A stretch of 64,000 nt of DNA from the NCBI GenBank assembly GCA_030390025.1, contig JASTWF010000035.1:4154001-4218000 (forward strand). Reading direction: 5' to 3'. Shown here in pieces: positions 23,201 to 36,713 of the stretch (position 1 is the stretch's first letter; the number at the start of each line of letters is the position of its first letter). The position numbers and the translations under genes are program-made. The notes under the pieces were generated by a model that was given only the letters and a program-made list of their open reading frames with translations, ran no database searches and was not told where the DNA came from. This stretch comes from Squalus acanthias (taxonomy: Eukaryota).

Positions 23201-26200
23201 GTTCGGTGAGTGGGCTCGGTGAGTGGGTTTGGTGAGTGGGCTCGGTGAGTGGGTTTGGTGAGTGGGTTCAGTGAGTGGGCTCGGTGAGTGGGTTCGGTGA
23301 GTGGGTTTGGTGAGTGGGTTCGGTGAGTGGGCTCGGTGAGTGGGTTCGGTGAGTGGGCTCGGTGAGTGGGTTCGGTGAGTGGGTTCAGTGAGTGGGTTCG
23401 GTGAGTGGGCTCGGTGAGTGGGTTTGGTGACTGGGCTCGGTGACCGGGTTCGGTGAGTGGGTTCGGTGAGTGGGTTTGGTGAGTGGGTTCGGTGAGTGGG
23501 TTCGGTGAGTGGGTTTGGTGAGTGGGTTCAGTGAGTGGGTTTGGTGAGTGGGCTCGGTGAGTGGGCTCGGTGAGTGGGTTCGGTGAGTGGGCTCGGTGAG
23601 TGGGCCCGGTGAGTGGGTTCGGTGAGTGGGCTCGGAGAGTGGGTTCGGTGAGTGGGCTCGGTGAGTGGGTTCAGTGAGTGGGTTCGGTGAGTGGGCTCGG
23701 TGAGTGGGCTCGGTGAGTGGGTTCGGTGAGTGGGCTCGGAGAGTGGGTTCGGTGAGTGGGTTTGGTGAGTGGGTTCAGTGACTGGGTTCGGTGAGTGGGC
23801 TCGGTGAGTGGGCTCGGTGAGTGGGTTCGGTGAGTGGGCTCGGTGAGTGGGCTCGGAGAGTGGGTTCGGTGAGTGGGCTCGGTGAGTGGGTTCGGTCAGT
23901 GGGCTCGGAGAGTGGGTTCGGTGAGTGGGTTCGGTGAGTGGGTTCGGTGAGTGGGTTCAGTGAGAGGGTTCGGTGAGAGGGTTCGGTGAGAGGGTTCAGT
24001 GAGTGGGTTCGGTGAGTGGGTTCAGTGAGTGGGTTCAGTGAGAGGGTTCAGTGAGTGGGTTCAGTGAGTGGGTTCAGTGAGCGGGTTCAGTGAGTGGGTT
24101 CAGTGAGTGGGTTCGGTGAGTGGGCTCGGTGAGTGGGTTCGGTGAGTAGGTTCGGTGAGTGTGTTCGGTGAGTGGGTTCGGTGAGTGGGTTCGGTGAGTG
24201 GGTTCGGTGAGTAGGTTCGGTGAGTGTGTTCGGTGAGTGGGCTCGGTGAGTGGGTTCAGTGAGTGGGTTCGGTGAGTGGGCTCGGTGAGTGGGCTCGGTG
24301 AGTGGGTTCGGTGAGTGGGCTCGGAGAGTGGGTTCGGTGAGTGGGTTCGGTGAGTCGGCTTGGTGAGTGGGTTCAGTGAGTGGGTTCGGTGAGTGGGTTT
24401 GGTGAGTGGGTTCAGTGACTGGGTTCGGTGAGTGGGCTCGGTGAGTGGGCTCGGAGAGTGGGTTCGGTGAGTGGGCTCGGTGAGTGGGTTCGGTCAGTGG
24501 GCTCGGAGAGTGGGTTCGGTGAGAGGGTTCGGTGAGTGGGTTCGGTGAGTGGGCTCGGTGAGTGGGTTCGGTGAGTGGGCTCGGTGAGTGGGTTCGGTGA
24601 GTGGGTTCAGTGAGTGGGTTCAGTGAGTGGGTTCAGTGAGTGGGTTCGGTGAGTGGGTTCAGTGAGTGGGTTCAGTGAGTGGGTTCAGTGAGTGGGTTCA
24701 GTNNNNNNNNNNNNNNNNNNNNNNNNNNNNNNNNNNNNNNNNNNNNNNNNNNNNNNNNNNNNNNNNNNNNNNNNNNNNNNNNNNNNNNNNNNNNNNNNNN
24801 NNNNNNNNNNNNNNNNNNNNNNNNNNNNNNNNNNNNNNNNNNNNNNNNNNNNNNNNNNNNNNNNNNNNNNNNNNNNNNNNNNNNNNNNNNNNNNNNNNNN
24901 NNNNNNNNNNNNNNNNNNNNNNNNNNNNNNNNNNNNNNNNNNNNNNNNNNNNNNNNNNNNNNNNNNNNNNNNNNNNNNNNNNNNNNNNNNNNNNNNNNNN
25001 NNNNNNNNNNNNNNNNNNNNNNNNNNNNNNNNNNNNNNNNNNNNNNNNNNNNNNNNNNNNNNNNNNNNNNNNNNNNNNNNNNNNNNNNNNNNNNNNNNNN
25101 NNNNNNGGGTTTGGTGACTGGGTTCAGTGAGTGGGCTCAGTGAGTGGGCTCGGTGAGTGGATTTGGTGAGTGGGTTCGGTGAGTGGGCTCAGTGAGTGGG
25201 TTCGGTCAGTAGGTTCGGTGAGTGGGTTCGGTGACCGGGCTCGATGACAGGACTCGGTGAGTGGGTTCGGTGAGTGGGTTCGGTGAGTGGGTTCGGTGTC
25301 CGGGCTCGGAGAGTGGGCTCGGTGAGTGGGCTCGGTGAGTGGGTTCGGTGACTGGGTTCGGTGAGTGGGTTTGGTGAGTGGGTTCCGTGAGTGGGTTCGG
25401 TGAGTGGGCTCAGTGAGTGGACTCGGTGAGTGGGCTCGGTGAGTGGGCTCAGTGAGTGGGTTCGGTCAGTAGGTTCGGTGAGTGGGTTCGGTGACCGGGC
25501 TCGATGACCGGACTCGGTGAGTGGGTTCGGTGAGTGGGTTCGGTGAGTGGGTTCGGTGTCCGGGCTCGGAGAGTGGGCTCGGTGAGTGGGTTTGGTGACT
25601 GGGTTCGGTGAGTGGGTTTGGTGAGTGGGCTCCGTGAGTGGGTTCGGAGAGTGGGCTCAGTGAGTGGGTTCGGTGAGTGGGCTCGGTGAGTGGGCTCGGA
25701 GATTGGGTCGGTGAGTGGGCTCGGTGAGTGGGTTCGGTGAGTGGGTTCGGTGAGTGGGCTCGGTGACTGGGTTCGGTGACTGGGTTCAGTGAGTGGGCTT
25801 GGTGACCGGGCTCAGTGAGTGGGTTTGGTGAGTGGGTTCGGTGAGTGGGTTTGGTGAGTGGGCTCGGTGAGTGGGTTTGGTGAGTGGGTTCGGTCAGTGG
25901 GTTCGGTGAGTGGGTTCGGAGACTGAGCTCGGTGAGTGGGCTCGGTGAGTGGGTTTGGTGAGTGGGCTCGGTGAGTGGGCTCGGTGAGTGGCTTTGGTGA
26001 GTGGGCTCGGTCAGTGGGCTTGGTGAGTGGGTTTGGTGAGTGGGCTCGGTGAGTGGGCTCTGTGAGTGGGTTTGGTGAGTGGGCTCGGTGAGTTGGTTCG
26101 GTGAGTGGGTTCGGTCAGTGGGTTCGGTGAGTGGGTTCGGAGACTGAGCTCGGTGAGTGGGCTCGGTGAATGGGCTCGGTGAGTCGGTTTGGTGAATGGG

Positions 26201-29200
26201 CTTGGTGACCGGGCTCGGTGAGTGGGTTCGTTGAGTGGGCTCGGTGAGTGGGCTCAGTGAGTGGGTTCGGTGAGTGGGCTCGGTGAGTGGGCTCAATGAG
26301 TGGGCTCGGTGAGTGGGTTCGGTGAGTGGGCTCGGTGAGTGGGTTCGGTGACTGGGTTCGGTGAGTGGGTTTGGTGAGTGGGTTCGGTCAGTGGGCTCGG
26401 TGAGTGGGCTCGGAGATTGGGTCGGTGAGTGGGCTCAGTGAGTGGGTTCCGTGAGTGGGTTCGGTGAGTGGGCTCAGTGAGTGGGTTCGGTCAGTGGGCT
26501 CGGTGAGTGGGCTCGGAGATTGGGTCGGTGAGTGGGCTCAGTGAGTGGGTTCGGTGAGTGGGTTCGGTGACCGGGCTCGGTGACTGGGCTCGGTGAGTGG
26601 GTTCGGTTAGTGGGCTCGGTGATTGGGTTCGGTGAGTGGGTTCGGTGAGTGGGTTCGGTGAGTGGGTTCGGTGTGTGGGTTCGGTCAGTTGGCTCGGTCA
26701 GTGGGCTCGGTGAGTGGGCTCAGTAAGTGGGTTTGGTGAGTGGGTTCGGTGAGTGGGCTCCAAGATTGGGTCGGTGAGTGGGTTCGGTGAGTGGGTTCGG
26801 TGAGTGGGTTTGGTGACTGGATTCAGTGAGTGGGTTCGGTGAGTGGGTTTGGTGACTGGATTCAGTGAGTGGGTTCGGTGAGTGGGTTTGGTGAGTGGGC
26901 TCAGTGAGTGGGTTCGGTGAGTGGGTTCAGTGAGTGGGTTCAGTGAGTGGGCTCGGTGATTGGGTTCGGTGACTGGGTTCAGTGAGTGGGTTCAGTGAGT
27001 GGGCTCGGTGAGTGGGTTCGGTGAGTGGGTTCGGTGAGTGGGTTCGGAGACCGGGCTCGGTGATTGGGCTCAGTGAGTTGGCTCGGTGACTGGGTTCCGT
27101 GAGTGGGCTCGGTGACTGGGTTCAGTGCGTGGGTTCGGTGAGTGGGTTCGGTGACCGGGTTCGGTGACTGGGTTCGGTGAGTGGGTTCGGTGAGTGGGCT
27201 CGGTGAGTGGACTCGGTGAACGGGCTCGGTGAGTGGGTTCGGAGACCGGGTTTGGTGAGTGGGCTCGGTGAGTGGGCTCGGTAAGTGGGCTCGGTGACTG
27301 GGTTCAGTGAGTGGGCTCGGTGAGTGGGTTCGGTGAGTGGGCTCGGTGAGTGGGCTCGGTGACCGGGCTCGGTGAGTGGGTTTGGTGAGTTGGTTCGGTG
27401 AGTGGGCTCGGTGAGTGGGTTTGGTGAGTGGGTTCGGTGAGTGGGTTCGGTGAGTGGGTTTGCTGACTGGGTTCAGTGAGTGGGTTCGGTGAGTGGGTTT
27501 GGTGACTGGGTTCAGTGAGTGGGTTCAGTGAGTGGGCTCGGTGAGTGGGTTCGGTGAGTGGGTTCGGTGAGTGGGCTCGGTGAGTGGGTTCGGTGAGTGG
27601 GCTCAGTGAGTGGGCTCAGTGAGAGGGTTCGGTGAGTGGGTTTGGTGACTGCGTTCAGTGAGTGGGTTCGGTGAGTGGGTTTGGTGACTGGGCTCGGTGA
27701 GTGGATTCGGTGAGTGGGTTCGGTGAGTGGGTTCGGTGAGTGGACTCAGTGAGTGGGTTCGGTGACTGGGCTCGGTGAGTGGGTTCGGTGACTGGGTTCG
27801 GTGAGTGGGTTCGGTGAGTGGGTTCGGTGACCAGGCTCGGTGAGTGGGTTCGGTGAGTGGGTTCGGTGAGTGGGCTCGGTGAGTGGGTTCAGTGACTGGG
27901 TTCAGTGAGTGGGTTCAGTGAGTGGGTTCGGTGAGTGGGCTCAGTGAGTGGGTTCGGTGAGTGGGTTCGGTGAGTGGGTTGAGTGAGTGGGTTCGGTGAG
28001 TGGGTTCGGTGAGTGGGCTCAGTGAGTGGGTTCGGTGAGTGGGTTCGGTGAGTGGGTTCGGTGAGTGGGTTCGGTCAGTGGGCTCGGTGAGTGGCTTCGG
28101 TGAGTGGGCTCGGTGAGTGGGTTCGGTGAGTGGGCTCGGTGAGTGGGTTCGGTGAGTGGGCTCAGTGAGTGGGCTCGGTGAGTGGGTTCGGTGAGTGGGC
28201 TCAGTGAGTGGGCTCGGTGAGTTGGTTCGGTGAGTAGGTTCGGTGAGTGGGCTCAGTGACCGGGCTCGGTGAGTGGGTTTGGTGAGTGGGCTCGGTGATT
28301 GGGCTCAGTGAGTTGGCCCCGCTCAGTGGGTTCGGTGAGTGGGTTCGGTGAGTGGGTTTTTTGAGTGGGCTCGGTGAGTGGGCTCGGTGAGTGGGCTCGG
28401 TGAGTGGGCTCGGTGAGTGGGTTTGGTGAGTGAGCTCAGTGAGTGGGCCCGGTGAGTGGGATCGGTGAGTGGGTTCGGTGACCGGGCTCGGTGACTGGGC
28501 TCGGTGAGTGGGTTCGGTGAGTGGGTTCAGTGAGTGGGCTCGGTGACTGGGCTCGGTGAGTGGGTTCGGTGAGTGGGTTCGGTGAGTGGGTTCGGTGAGT
28601 GGGCTCGGTGAGTGGGTTCGGTGAGTGGGCTCGGTGAGTGGGTTTGGTGAGTGGGTTCGGTGAGTGGGTTCGGTGAGTGGGTTTGGTGACTGGGTTCAGT
28701 GAGTGGGTTCGGTGAGTGGGTTTGGTGACTGGGTTCAGTGAGTGGGTTCAGTGAGTGGGCTCGGTGAGTGGGTTCGGTGAGTGGGTTCGGTGACCGGGCT
28801 CGGTGAGTGGGCTCGGTGAGTGGGTTTGGTGACTGGGTTCAGTGAGTGGGCTCAGTGAGTGGGTTCGGTGAGTGGGTTTGGTGAGTGGGTTCGGTGTGTG
28901 GGTTCAGTGAGTGGGTTCGGTGAGTGGGTTCGGTGAGTGGGCTCGGTGAGTGGGTTTGGTGATTGGGTTGGTGAGTGGGCTCAGTGAGTGGGTTCGGTGA
29001 GTGGGTTTGGTGACTGGGTTCAGTGAGTGGGTTCGGTGAGTGGGTTTGGTGACTGGGTTCAGTGAGTGGGCTCAGTGAGTGGGTTCGGTGAGTGGGTTTG
29101 GTGACTGGGTTCAGTGAGTGGGCTCAGTGAGTGGGCTCGGTGAGTGGATTTTTTGAGTGGGTTCGGTGAGTGGGCGCAGTGACTGGGTTCGGTCAGTGGG

Positions 29201-31841
29201 TTCACTGAGTGGGTTCGGTGACCGGGCTCGGTGAGTGGGCTCGGTGAGTGGGTTCGGTGAGTGGGCTCGGTGAGTGGGTTCGGTGACTGGGTTCGGTGAG
29301 TGGGTTTGGTGAGTGGGCTCCGTGAGTGGGTTCGGTGAGTGGGCTCAGTGAGTGTGTTCGGTCAGTGGGCTCGGTGAGTGAGCTCGGAGATTGGGTCGGT
29401 GAGTGGGCTCGGTGAGTGGATTCGGTGAGTGGGTTCGGTGACCGGGCTCGGTGACTGGGCTCGGTGAGTGGGTTCGGTGAGTGGGCTCGGTGAGTGGGTT
29501 CGGTGAGTGGGTTCGGTGAGTGGGTTCGGTGAGTGGATTCGGTGAGTGGGTTCGGTGACCGGGCTCGGTGACTGGGCTCGGTGAGTGGGTTCGGTCAGTG
29601 GGCTCGGTGAGTGGGCTCAGTAAGTGGGTTTGGTGAGTGGGTTCGGTGAGTGGGCTCCAAGATTGGGTCGGTGAGTGGGTTCGGTGAGTGGGTTCGGTGA
29701 GTGGGTTTGGTGACTGGATTCAGTGAGTGGGTTCGGTGAGTGGGTTCAGTGAGTGGGTTCGGTGAGTGGGTTCGGTGAGTGGGCTCAGTGAGTGGGTTCG
29801 GTGAGTGGGTTCGGTGAGTGGGTTCGGTGAGTGGGTTCGGTGAGTGGGCTCGTTGAGTGGGTTCGGTGAGTGTGCTCGGTGAGTGGGTTCGGTGAGTGGG
29901 CTCGGTGAGTGGGTTCGGTGAGTGGTCTCAGTGAGTGGGCTCGGTGAGTGGGTTCGGTGAGTGGGCTCAGTGAGTGGGCTCGGTGAGTTGGTTCGGTGAG
30001 TAGGTTCGGTGAGTGGGCTCAGTGACCGGGCTCGGTGAGTGGGTTTGGTGAGTGGGCTCGGTGATTAGGCTCAGTGAGTTGGCTCGGTCAGTGGGTTCGG
30101 TGAGTGGGCTCGGTGAGTGGGTTCAGTGAGTGAGCTCGGTGAGTGGGTTCGGTGAGTGGGCTCGATGAGTGGGCTCAGTGAGTGGGTTCGGTGACCGGGC
30201 TCGGTGAGTGGGTTTGGTGAGTGGGTTCGGTGAGTGGGTTTTTGAGTGGGCTCGGTGAGTGGGCTCGGTGAGTGGGCTCGGTGAGTGGGCTCGGTGAGTG
30301 GGTTTGGTGAGTGAGCTCAGTGAGTGGGCCCGGTGAGTGGGATCGGTGAGTGGGTTCGGTGACCGGGCTCGGTGACTGGGCTCGGTGAGTGGGTTCGGTG
30401 AGTGGGTTCAGTGAGTGGGCTCGGTGACTGGGCTCGGTGAGTGGGTTCGGTGAGTGGGTTCGGTGAGTGGGCTCGGTGAGTGGGTTCGGTGAGTGGGCTC
30501 GGTGAGTGGGTTTGGTGAGTGGGTTCGGTGAGTGGGTTCGGTGAGTGGGTTTGGTGACTGGGTTCAGTGAGTGGGTTCGGTGAGTGGGTTTGGTGACTGG
30601 GTTCAGTGAGTGGGTTCAGTGAGTGGGCTCGGTGAGTGGGTTCAGTGATAGGTTTCGGTGAGTGGGTTCGGTGAGTGGATTCGGTGAGTGGGTTCGGTGA
30701 GTGGGTTTCGTGACTGGGTTCAGTGAGTGGGTTCAGTGACCGGGCTCGGTGAGTGGGTTTGGTGAGTGGGTTCGGTGAGTGGGTTCGGTGAGTGTGCTCG
30801 GTGAGTGGGTTCAGTGAATGGTTTCAGTGAGTGGGTTCGGTGACCGGGCTCGGTGAGTGGGCTCGGTGTGTGAGCTCAGTGAGTGGGTTTGGTGAGTGGG
30901 CTCGGTGACTGGGTTTGGTGACTGGGCTCGGTGAGTGGGTTCAGTGAGTGGGCTCGGTGAGTGGGTTCGGTGATAGGTTTCGGTGAGTGGGTTCGGTGAG
31001 TGGATTCGGTGAGTGGGTTCGGTGAGTGGGTTTCGTGACTGGGTTCAGTGAGTGGGTTCAGTGACCGGGCTCGGTGAGTGGGTTTGGTGAGTGGGTTCGG
31101 TGAGTGGGTTCAGTGAGTGTGCTCGGTGAGTGGGTTCAGTGAATGGTTTCAGTGAGTGGGTTCGGTGACCGGGCTCGGTGAGTGGGCTCGGTGTGTGAGC
31201 TCAGTGAGTGGGTTTGGTGAGTGGGCTCGGTGAGTGGGTTCGGTTAGTGGGTTCGGTCAGTGGGTTCGGTGAGTGGGTTCGGAGACCGGGCTCGGTGAGT
31301 GGGTTTGGTGAGTGGGCTCGGTGAGTGGGTTCGGTGATTAGCTGCGGTGAGTGGGCTCGGTGAGTGGGTTTGGTGAGTGGGTTCGGTGAGTGGGTTCGGT
31401 GAGTGGGTTCGGTGAGTGGGCTCGGTGAGTGGGTTCGGTGAGTGGGTTCGGTGACTGGGTTTGGTGACTGGGCTCGGTGAGTGGGTTCGGTGAGTGGGTT
31501 CGGTGACCAGGCTCGGTGAGTGGGCTCGGTGAGTGGGTTCGGTGACTGGGTTCGGTGAGTGGGTTCGGTGAGTGGGTTCGGTGACTGGGTTCAGTGAGTG
31601 GGTTCGGTGAGTGGGTTCGGTGACCGGGCTCGGTGAGTGGGCTCGGTGAGTGGGTTCGGTGAGTGGGTTCGGTGAGTGGGTTCGGTGAGTGGGTTCGGTG
31701 ACCGGGCTCGGTGAGTGGGCCCGGTGAGTGGGTTCGGTGAGTGGGTTCGGTGAGTGGGTTCGGTGAGTGGGTTCGGTGAGTGGGCTCGGTGACTGGGTTC
31801 GGTGAGTGGGCGGTGAGTGGGTTCGGTGACCAGGCTCGGTG
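14226..31841. repeat. 13-bp G-rich satellite (GGGTTCGGTGAGT)n
   Basis: About 17.6 kb of 13-mers with variants GGGCTCGG/GGGTTCAG/GGGTTTGG and GACC/GACT. Includes an assembly gap. Confidence 0.98.
24703..25106. other. Assembly gap (404 N)
   Basis: Run of N inside the satellite. Confidence 0.99.
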
Positions 31842-32171
31842 ATCACATGACTTCAAATATGTTATTGCATTCACCATATACAGGTTCCCCTCATAACCAA
31901 CAGTAACACAATAACTCACTGATAGTTTTCCTGTAATGAGTGTAATCCTGTAACCCGCTAATATTCACCCTGAAACTGAAGCCAGAATCCCTGCACACTG
32001 CTCAAGGTGCGGTCAGGCTCCCAGTCAATGTCACTGTGAACAGGCCCGATCTCTCGCTATCTCCTCGGACTTTGGCCCCTTTACGGGCTGCTCTACCACT
32101 GCAGGAAATGCTGGTTCTCACCTCCAGCCCATTCTGCCCCCACGCACAAGCCCCAATCCCCCGACATGTTG

Positions 32172-34105
32172 TCCCCATCTCCCCCCATTCCCCATCTCTC
32201 CCCATTACCCATCTCTCCCATTCCCCATCTCCCCCCATTCCCCATCTCTCCCCATTACCCATCTCCCCCCATTCCCCATCTCTCCCCATTCCCCATCTCC
32301 CCCCATTCTCCATCTCTCCCCATTCCCCATCTCTCCCCATTCCCCATCTCCCCCCATTCCCCATCTCTCCCCATTCCCCATCTCCCCCCATTCTCCATCT
32401 CCCCCCATTCCCCATCTCTCCCCATTACCCATCTCCCCCCATTCCCCATCTCTCCCCATTCCCCATCTCCCCCCATTCTCCATCTCTCCCCATTCCCCAT
32501 CTCTCCCCATTCCCCATCTCTCCCCATTCCCCATCTCTCCCCATTCCCCATCTCCCCCCATTCCCCATCTCCCCCCATTCTCCATCTCCCCCCATTCTCC
32601 ATCTCCCCCCATTCTCCATCTCTCCCCATTCTCCATCTCCCCCATTCCCCATCTCCCCCCATTCCCCATCTCCCCCCATTCTCCATCTCCCCCCATTACC
32701 CATCTCTCCCCATTCCCCATCTCTCCCCATTCCCCATCTCTCCCCATTTCCCATCTCTCCCCATTCCCCATATCTCCCCATTCCCCATCTATCCCCATTC
32801 TCCATCTCTCCCCATTCTCCATCTCTCCCCATTCCCCATCTCTCCCCATTCCCCATCTCTCCCCATTTCCCATCTCTCCCCATTCCCCATCTCTCCCCAT
32901 TCCCCATCTCTCCCCATTCCTCCCCATTCCCCATCTCTCCCCATTCCCCATCTCCCCCATTCCCCATCTCTCCCCATTCCCCATCTCTCCCCATTCCCCA
33001 TCTCTCCCCATTCCCCATCTTTCCCCATTCCTCCCCATTCCCCATCTCTCCCCATTCCCCATCTCTCCCCATTCCTCCCCATTCCCCATCTCTCCCCATT
33101 CCCCATCTCTCCCCATTCTCCATCTCTCCCCATTTCCCATCTCTCCCCATTCTCCATCTCTCCCCATTCTCCATCTCTCCCCATTCCCCATCTCCCCCAT
33201 TCCCCATCTCTCCCCATTCCCCATCTCTCCCCATTCCCCATCTCTCCCCATTCCCCATCTCTCCCCATTCCTCCCCATTCCCCATCTCTCCCCATTCCCC
33301 ATCTCTCCCCATTCCTCCCCATTCCGCATCTCTCCCCATTCCCCATCTCTCCCCATTCTCCATCTCTCCCCATTCCCCATCTCTCCCCATTCCCCATTTA
33401 TCCATTCCCCATCTCCCCCCATTCCCCATCTCCCCCCATTCCCCATCTCCCCCCATTCCCCATCTCTCCCCATTCCCCATCTCTCCCCATTCCCCATCTC
33501 CCCCAACCTCCATCTCCTCCATTCCCCATCTCCTCCGTTCTCAGTCTCCCCCCATTCCCCATCTCTCCCCATTCCCCATCTCTCCCCATTCCCCATCTCT
33601 CCCCATTCCCCATCTCTCCCCATTCCCCATCTCCCCCCATTCCCCATCTCTCCCCATTCCCCATCTCTCCCCATTCCCCATCTCTCCCCATTCCCCATCT
33701 CCCCAACCTCCATCTCACCCCCATTCCCCATCTCCCCCCATTCCCCATCTCTCCCCATTCCCCATCTCCCCCAACCTCCATCTCACCCCCATTCCCCATC
33801 TCCCCCCATTCCCCATCTCTCCCCTTTCCCCATCTCTCCCCATTCCCCATCTCCCCCAACCTCCATCTCACCCCCATTCCCCATCTCCCCCCATTCCCCA
33901 TCTCTCCCCATTCCCCATCTCCCCCAACCTCCATCTCACCCCCATTCCCCATCTCCCCCATTCCCCATCTCTCCCCTTTCCCCATCTCCTCCATTCTCAG
34001 TCTCCCCCATTCCCCATCTCCCCCAACCTCCTCTCCTCCATTCTTAGTCTCCCCCCATTTCCCATCTCCCCCAACCTCCATCTCCTCCATTCTCAGTCTC
34101 CCTCC
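32172..34105. repeat. 17-bp C-rich minisatellite (CCCCATTCCCCATCTCT)n
   Basis: About 1.9 kb with almost no G on the plus strand; the minus strand is (AGAGATGGGGAATGGGG)n. Confidence 0.97.
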
Positions 34106-34718
34106 CTCCCTGAGCCCCCATGCCCCAGAGGAGAGGTGACCGCATTCAAAGCCTCTCTTGAGCCGATCTGCATGAATATAATAGATTGCATTTGAAAGTT
34201 GCTGAACCACAATATGAAAGTGTGGGGACCTGTGAATTGTCCATAAGAGGCGCTGGATGACTGCAAAACCCTCCCGTAACGTGGCTTCACTATCGCTGGA
34301 TATTAAATCCTCAGGCGGAAGAGTCAATTGCCGAGTCTCCCCCCTCCAGCCCCCTCTCTTGAGTCCCTGCGATTCCAGACTCCTTGCAGCCCCCTCCTGA
34401 CTGTTCCTGGCACACCAGTGAATGGCGGCTCTCTGTGGCGGAGGGCGGCTGATTCGCGGTGTGGGGGGAGGGGCACTGCGGCAGGAAATTTAAAGAGCTG
34501 ATCTCGCGGCTGAAGGACCTCCCGCTTTGGTTGGGAACCCTAATGGGGTCTAACACCTGTTTTGGTCCCAGTACGCCTTGGTTTTGGCCGTGAGCAATAC
34601 GCTGGATGGTGAGCTACCTCAGAATGAGCGGGTGCTTCCTGCCGCCATATTGGGGGCTTAGGTGACTGTTTAGCGCCCGAAAAACGGTCCTAACAAAATG
34701 GAGGGCAGACAGTGGGGG

Positions 34719-35160
34719 CAACACGCCTGCTCCACAGTCACTACAACACATGTTAGTACAACACGCCTGCTCCACAGTCACTACAACACATGTTAGTACA
34801 ACACGCCTGCTCCACAGTCACTACAACACATGTTAGTACAACATGCCTGCTCCACAGTCACTACAACACATGTTAGTACAACATGCCTGCTCCACAGTCA
34901 CTACAACACATGTTAGTACAACACGCCTGCTCCACAGTCACTACAACACATGTTAGTGCAACACGCCTGCTCCACATTCCCTGCAACACATGTTAGTACA
35001 ACACGCCTGCTCCACAGTCACTACAACACATGTTAGTACAACACGCCTGCTCCACAGTCACTACAACACATGTTAGTGCAACACGCCTGCTCCACATTCC
35101 CTGCAACACATGTTAGTGCAACACGCCTACTCCACATTCACTACAACACATGTTAGTACA
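34719..35160. repeat. 40-bp minisatellite, about 11 copies
   Basis: CAACACGCCTGCTCCACAGTCACTACAACACATGTTAGTA with period 40. A partial unit resumes at 37524 after the Penelope insertion. Confidence 0.95.
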
Positions 35161-35223
35161 AATAACAACAGAAACTGCTGGAAGCACTCAGCAGGTCAGG
35201 CTGCATCATGGAGAGAGAAACTG

Positions 35224-35260
35224 AGTCAATGTTTCAGGTCGATGACCCTTCATCAGAACT
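35224..35260 (-). ncRNA. Minimal type-I hammerhead ribozyme motif in the inverted pLTR
   Basis: Minus strand AGTT-CTGATGA-AGGGTC-ATC-GACCT-GAAAC-ATT-GACT has an intact core, stem II and 4-bp stem I. Confidence 0.78.
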
Positions 35261-36590
35261 GAGAAGTAACGTCTCCTTTTCACAATGGACGTACAATCCC
35301 TCTACACCTCCATCCCCCACCAGGATGGCCTGAGGGCGCTCCGCTTCTTCCTTGAACAGAGGCCCAACCAGTCCCCAACCACCACCACCCTCCTCCGCCT
35401 GGCTGAACTTGTTCTCACATTGAACAACTTCTCCTTTGACTCCACTCACTTCCTCCAAATTAAAGGTGTTGCTATGGGAACCCGCATGGGTCCTAACTAT
35501 GCCTGCCTTTTCGTGGGATATGTGGAACATTCTTTGTCCCAGTCCTATTTAGGTCCCCTCCCTCACCTCTTCTTCCGGTACATTGATGACTGTATCGGTG
35601 TCGTCTCCTGCTCTCACTCTGAACTAGAAAATTTCATTCACTTTGCTTCCAATTTCCAACCTTCCCTCACCTTCACATGGTCCATCTCCGACTCTTCCCT
35701 TCCCTTCCTCGACTTCTCCGTCTCCATCTCTGGCGATAGGCTATTGACAAACATTCACTACAAGCCCACTAACTCCCACAGCTACCTGGACTACACTTCC
35801 TCCCACCCCGCTTCCTGTAAGGACTCTATTCCATTCTCCCAGTTTCTCTGTCTCCGCCGCATCTGCTCTGACGATGCCACCTTCCATACCAGTACTTCCG
35901 ACATGTCTTCCTTTTTCCTCAACCGAGGATTCCCTTCTACTGTGGTTGACACGGCCCTCGACCGTGTCCGTTCTATCTCCCGCACTTCTGCCCTCACCCC
36001 TTCCCCTCCCTCCCAGAACCACAATAGAGTTCCCCTTGTCCTCACCTTTCACCCCACCAGCCTCCACATTCAACGGATCATCCTCCGCCATTTCCGCCAC
36101 CTCCAGCGTGATCCCACCACCAAACGCATCTTCCCTTCACCTCCCCTTTCAGCATTCCGTAAGGACCGCTCCATCCGCGACACCCTAGTCCACTCCTCTA
36201 CCACCCCCCGCACCCCTTCCCCTTCGCCCGGCACCTTCCCGTGCAAGCGCAGGAGATGCAACACCTGCCCTTTTACCTCCTCCCTTCCCACTGTCCAGGG
36301 CCCCAAACACCCCTTCCAGGTGAAACAGCGATTTACTTGCACTTCTTGCAATTTAGTATACTGTATTCGCTGCTCACGATGCGGTCTCCTCTACATTGCG
36401 GAGACCAAACGCAGATTGGGTGACCGCTTTGCGGAACACCTCCGTTCAGTCCGTAAGGGGGACCCCGAGCTCCCGGTTGCCTGTCACTTTAATTCACCCC
36501 TCCACGCTCACTCAGACCTCACCGTCCTCGGCCTCTTACACTGTTCCACGGAAGCTCAGCGTAAGCTTGAGGAACAGCATCTCATCTTTC

Positions 36591-36713
36591 ATAGAAACAT
36601 AGAAACATAGAAACTAGGAGCAGGAGTAGGCCATTCGGCCCGTCGAGCCTGCTCCACCATTCAATACGATCATGGCTGATCATCCAAATCCAGTACCCTG
36701 TCCCTGCTTTCTC
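36591..36713 (-). mobile_element. CR1 family A 3'-end fragment
   Basis: Reverse complement matches 42172-42293, including the (TTTCTATG)n tail. Confidence 0.9.

Noticed and set aside
14226..31841. Telomeric repeat
   Set aside because: G-rich, but the unit is a 13-mer rather than TTAGGG.
16587..31919. Pro/Thr/His-rich minus-strand ORFs and X-filled ORFs
   Set aside because: Artefacts of the 13-bp satellite and the N gap.
31920..31968. Possible small minus-strand exon (cag acceptor, GTGAGT donor)
   Set aside because: Weak sites and no recognisable coding content.
32002..34327. Pro/Ser-rich and Gly/Trp-rich ORFs up to 719 aa
   Set aside because: Translations of the 17-bp repeat on both strands.
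34330..34707. Possible decayed MITE end
   Set aside because: GC-rich with a MITE-like terminus, but no matching TIR or TSD found.
34719..35160. CRISPR-like regular repeat
   Set aside because: Head-to-tail 40-bp units without unique spacers, no cas genes, eukaryotic context.
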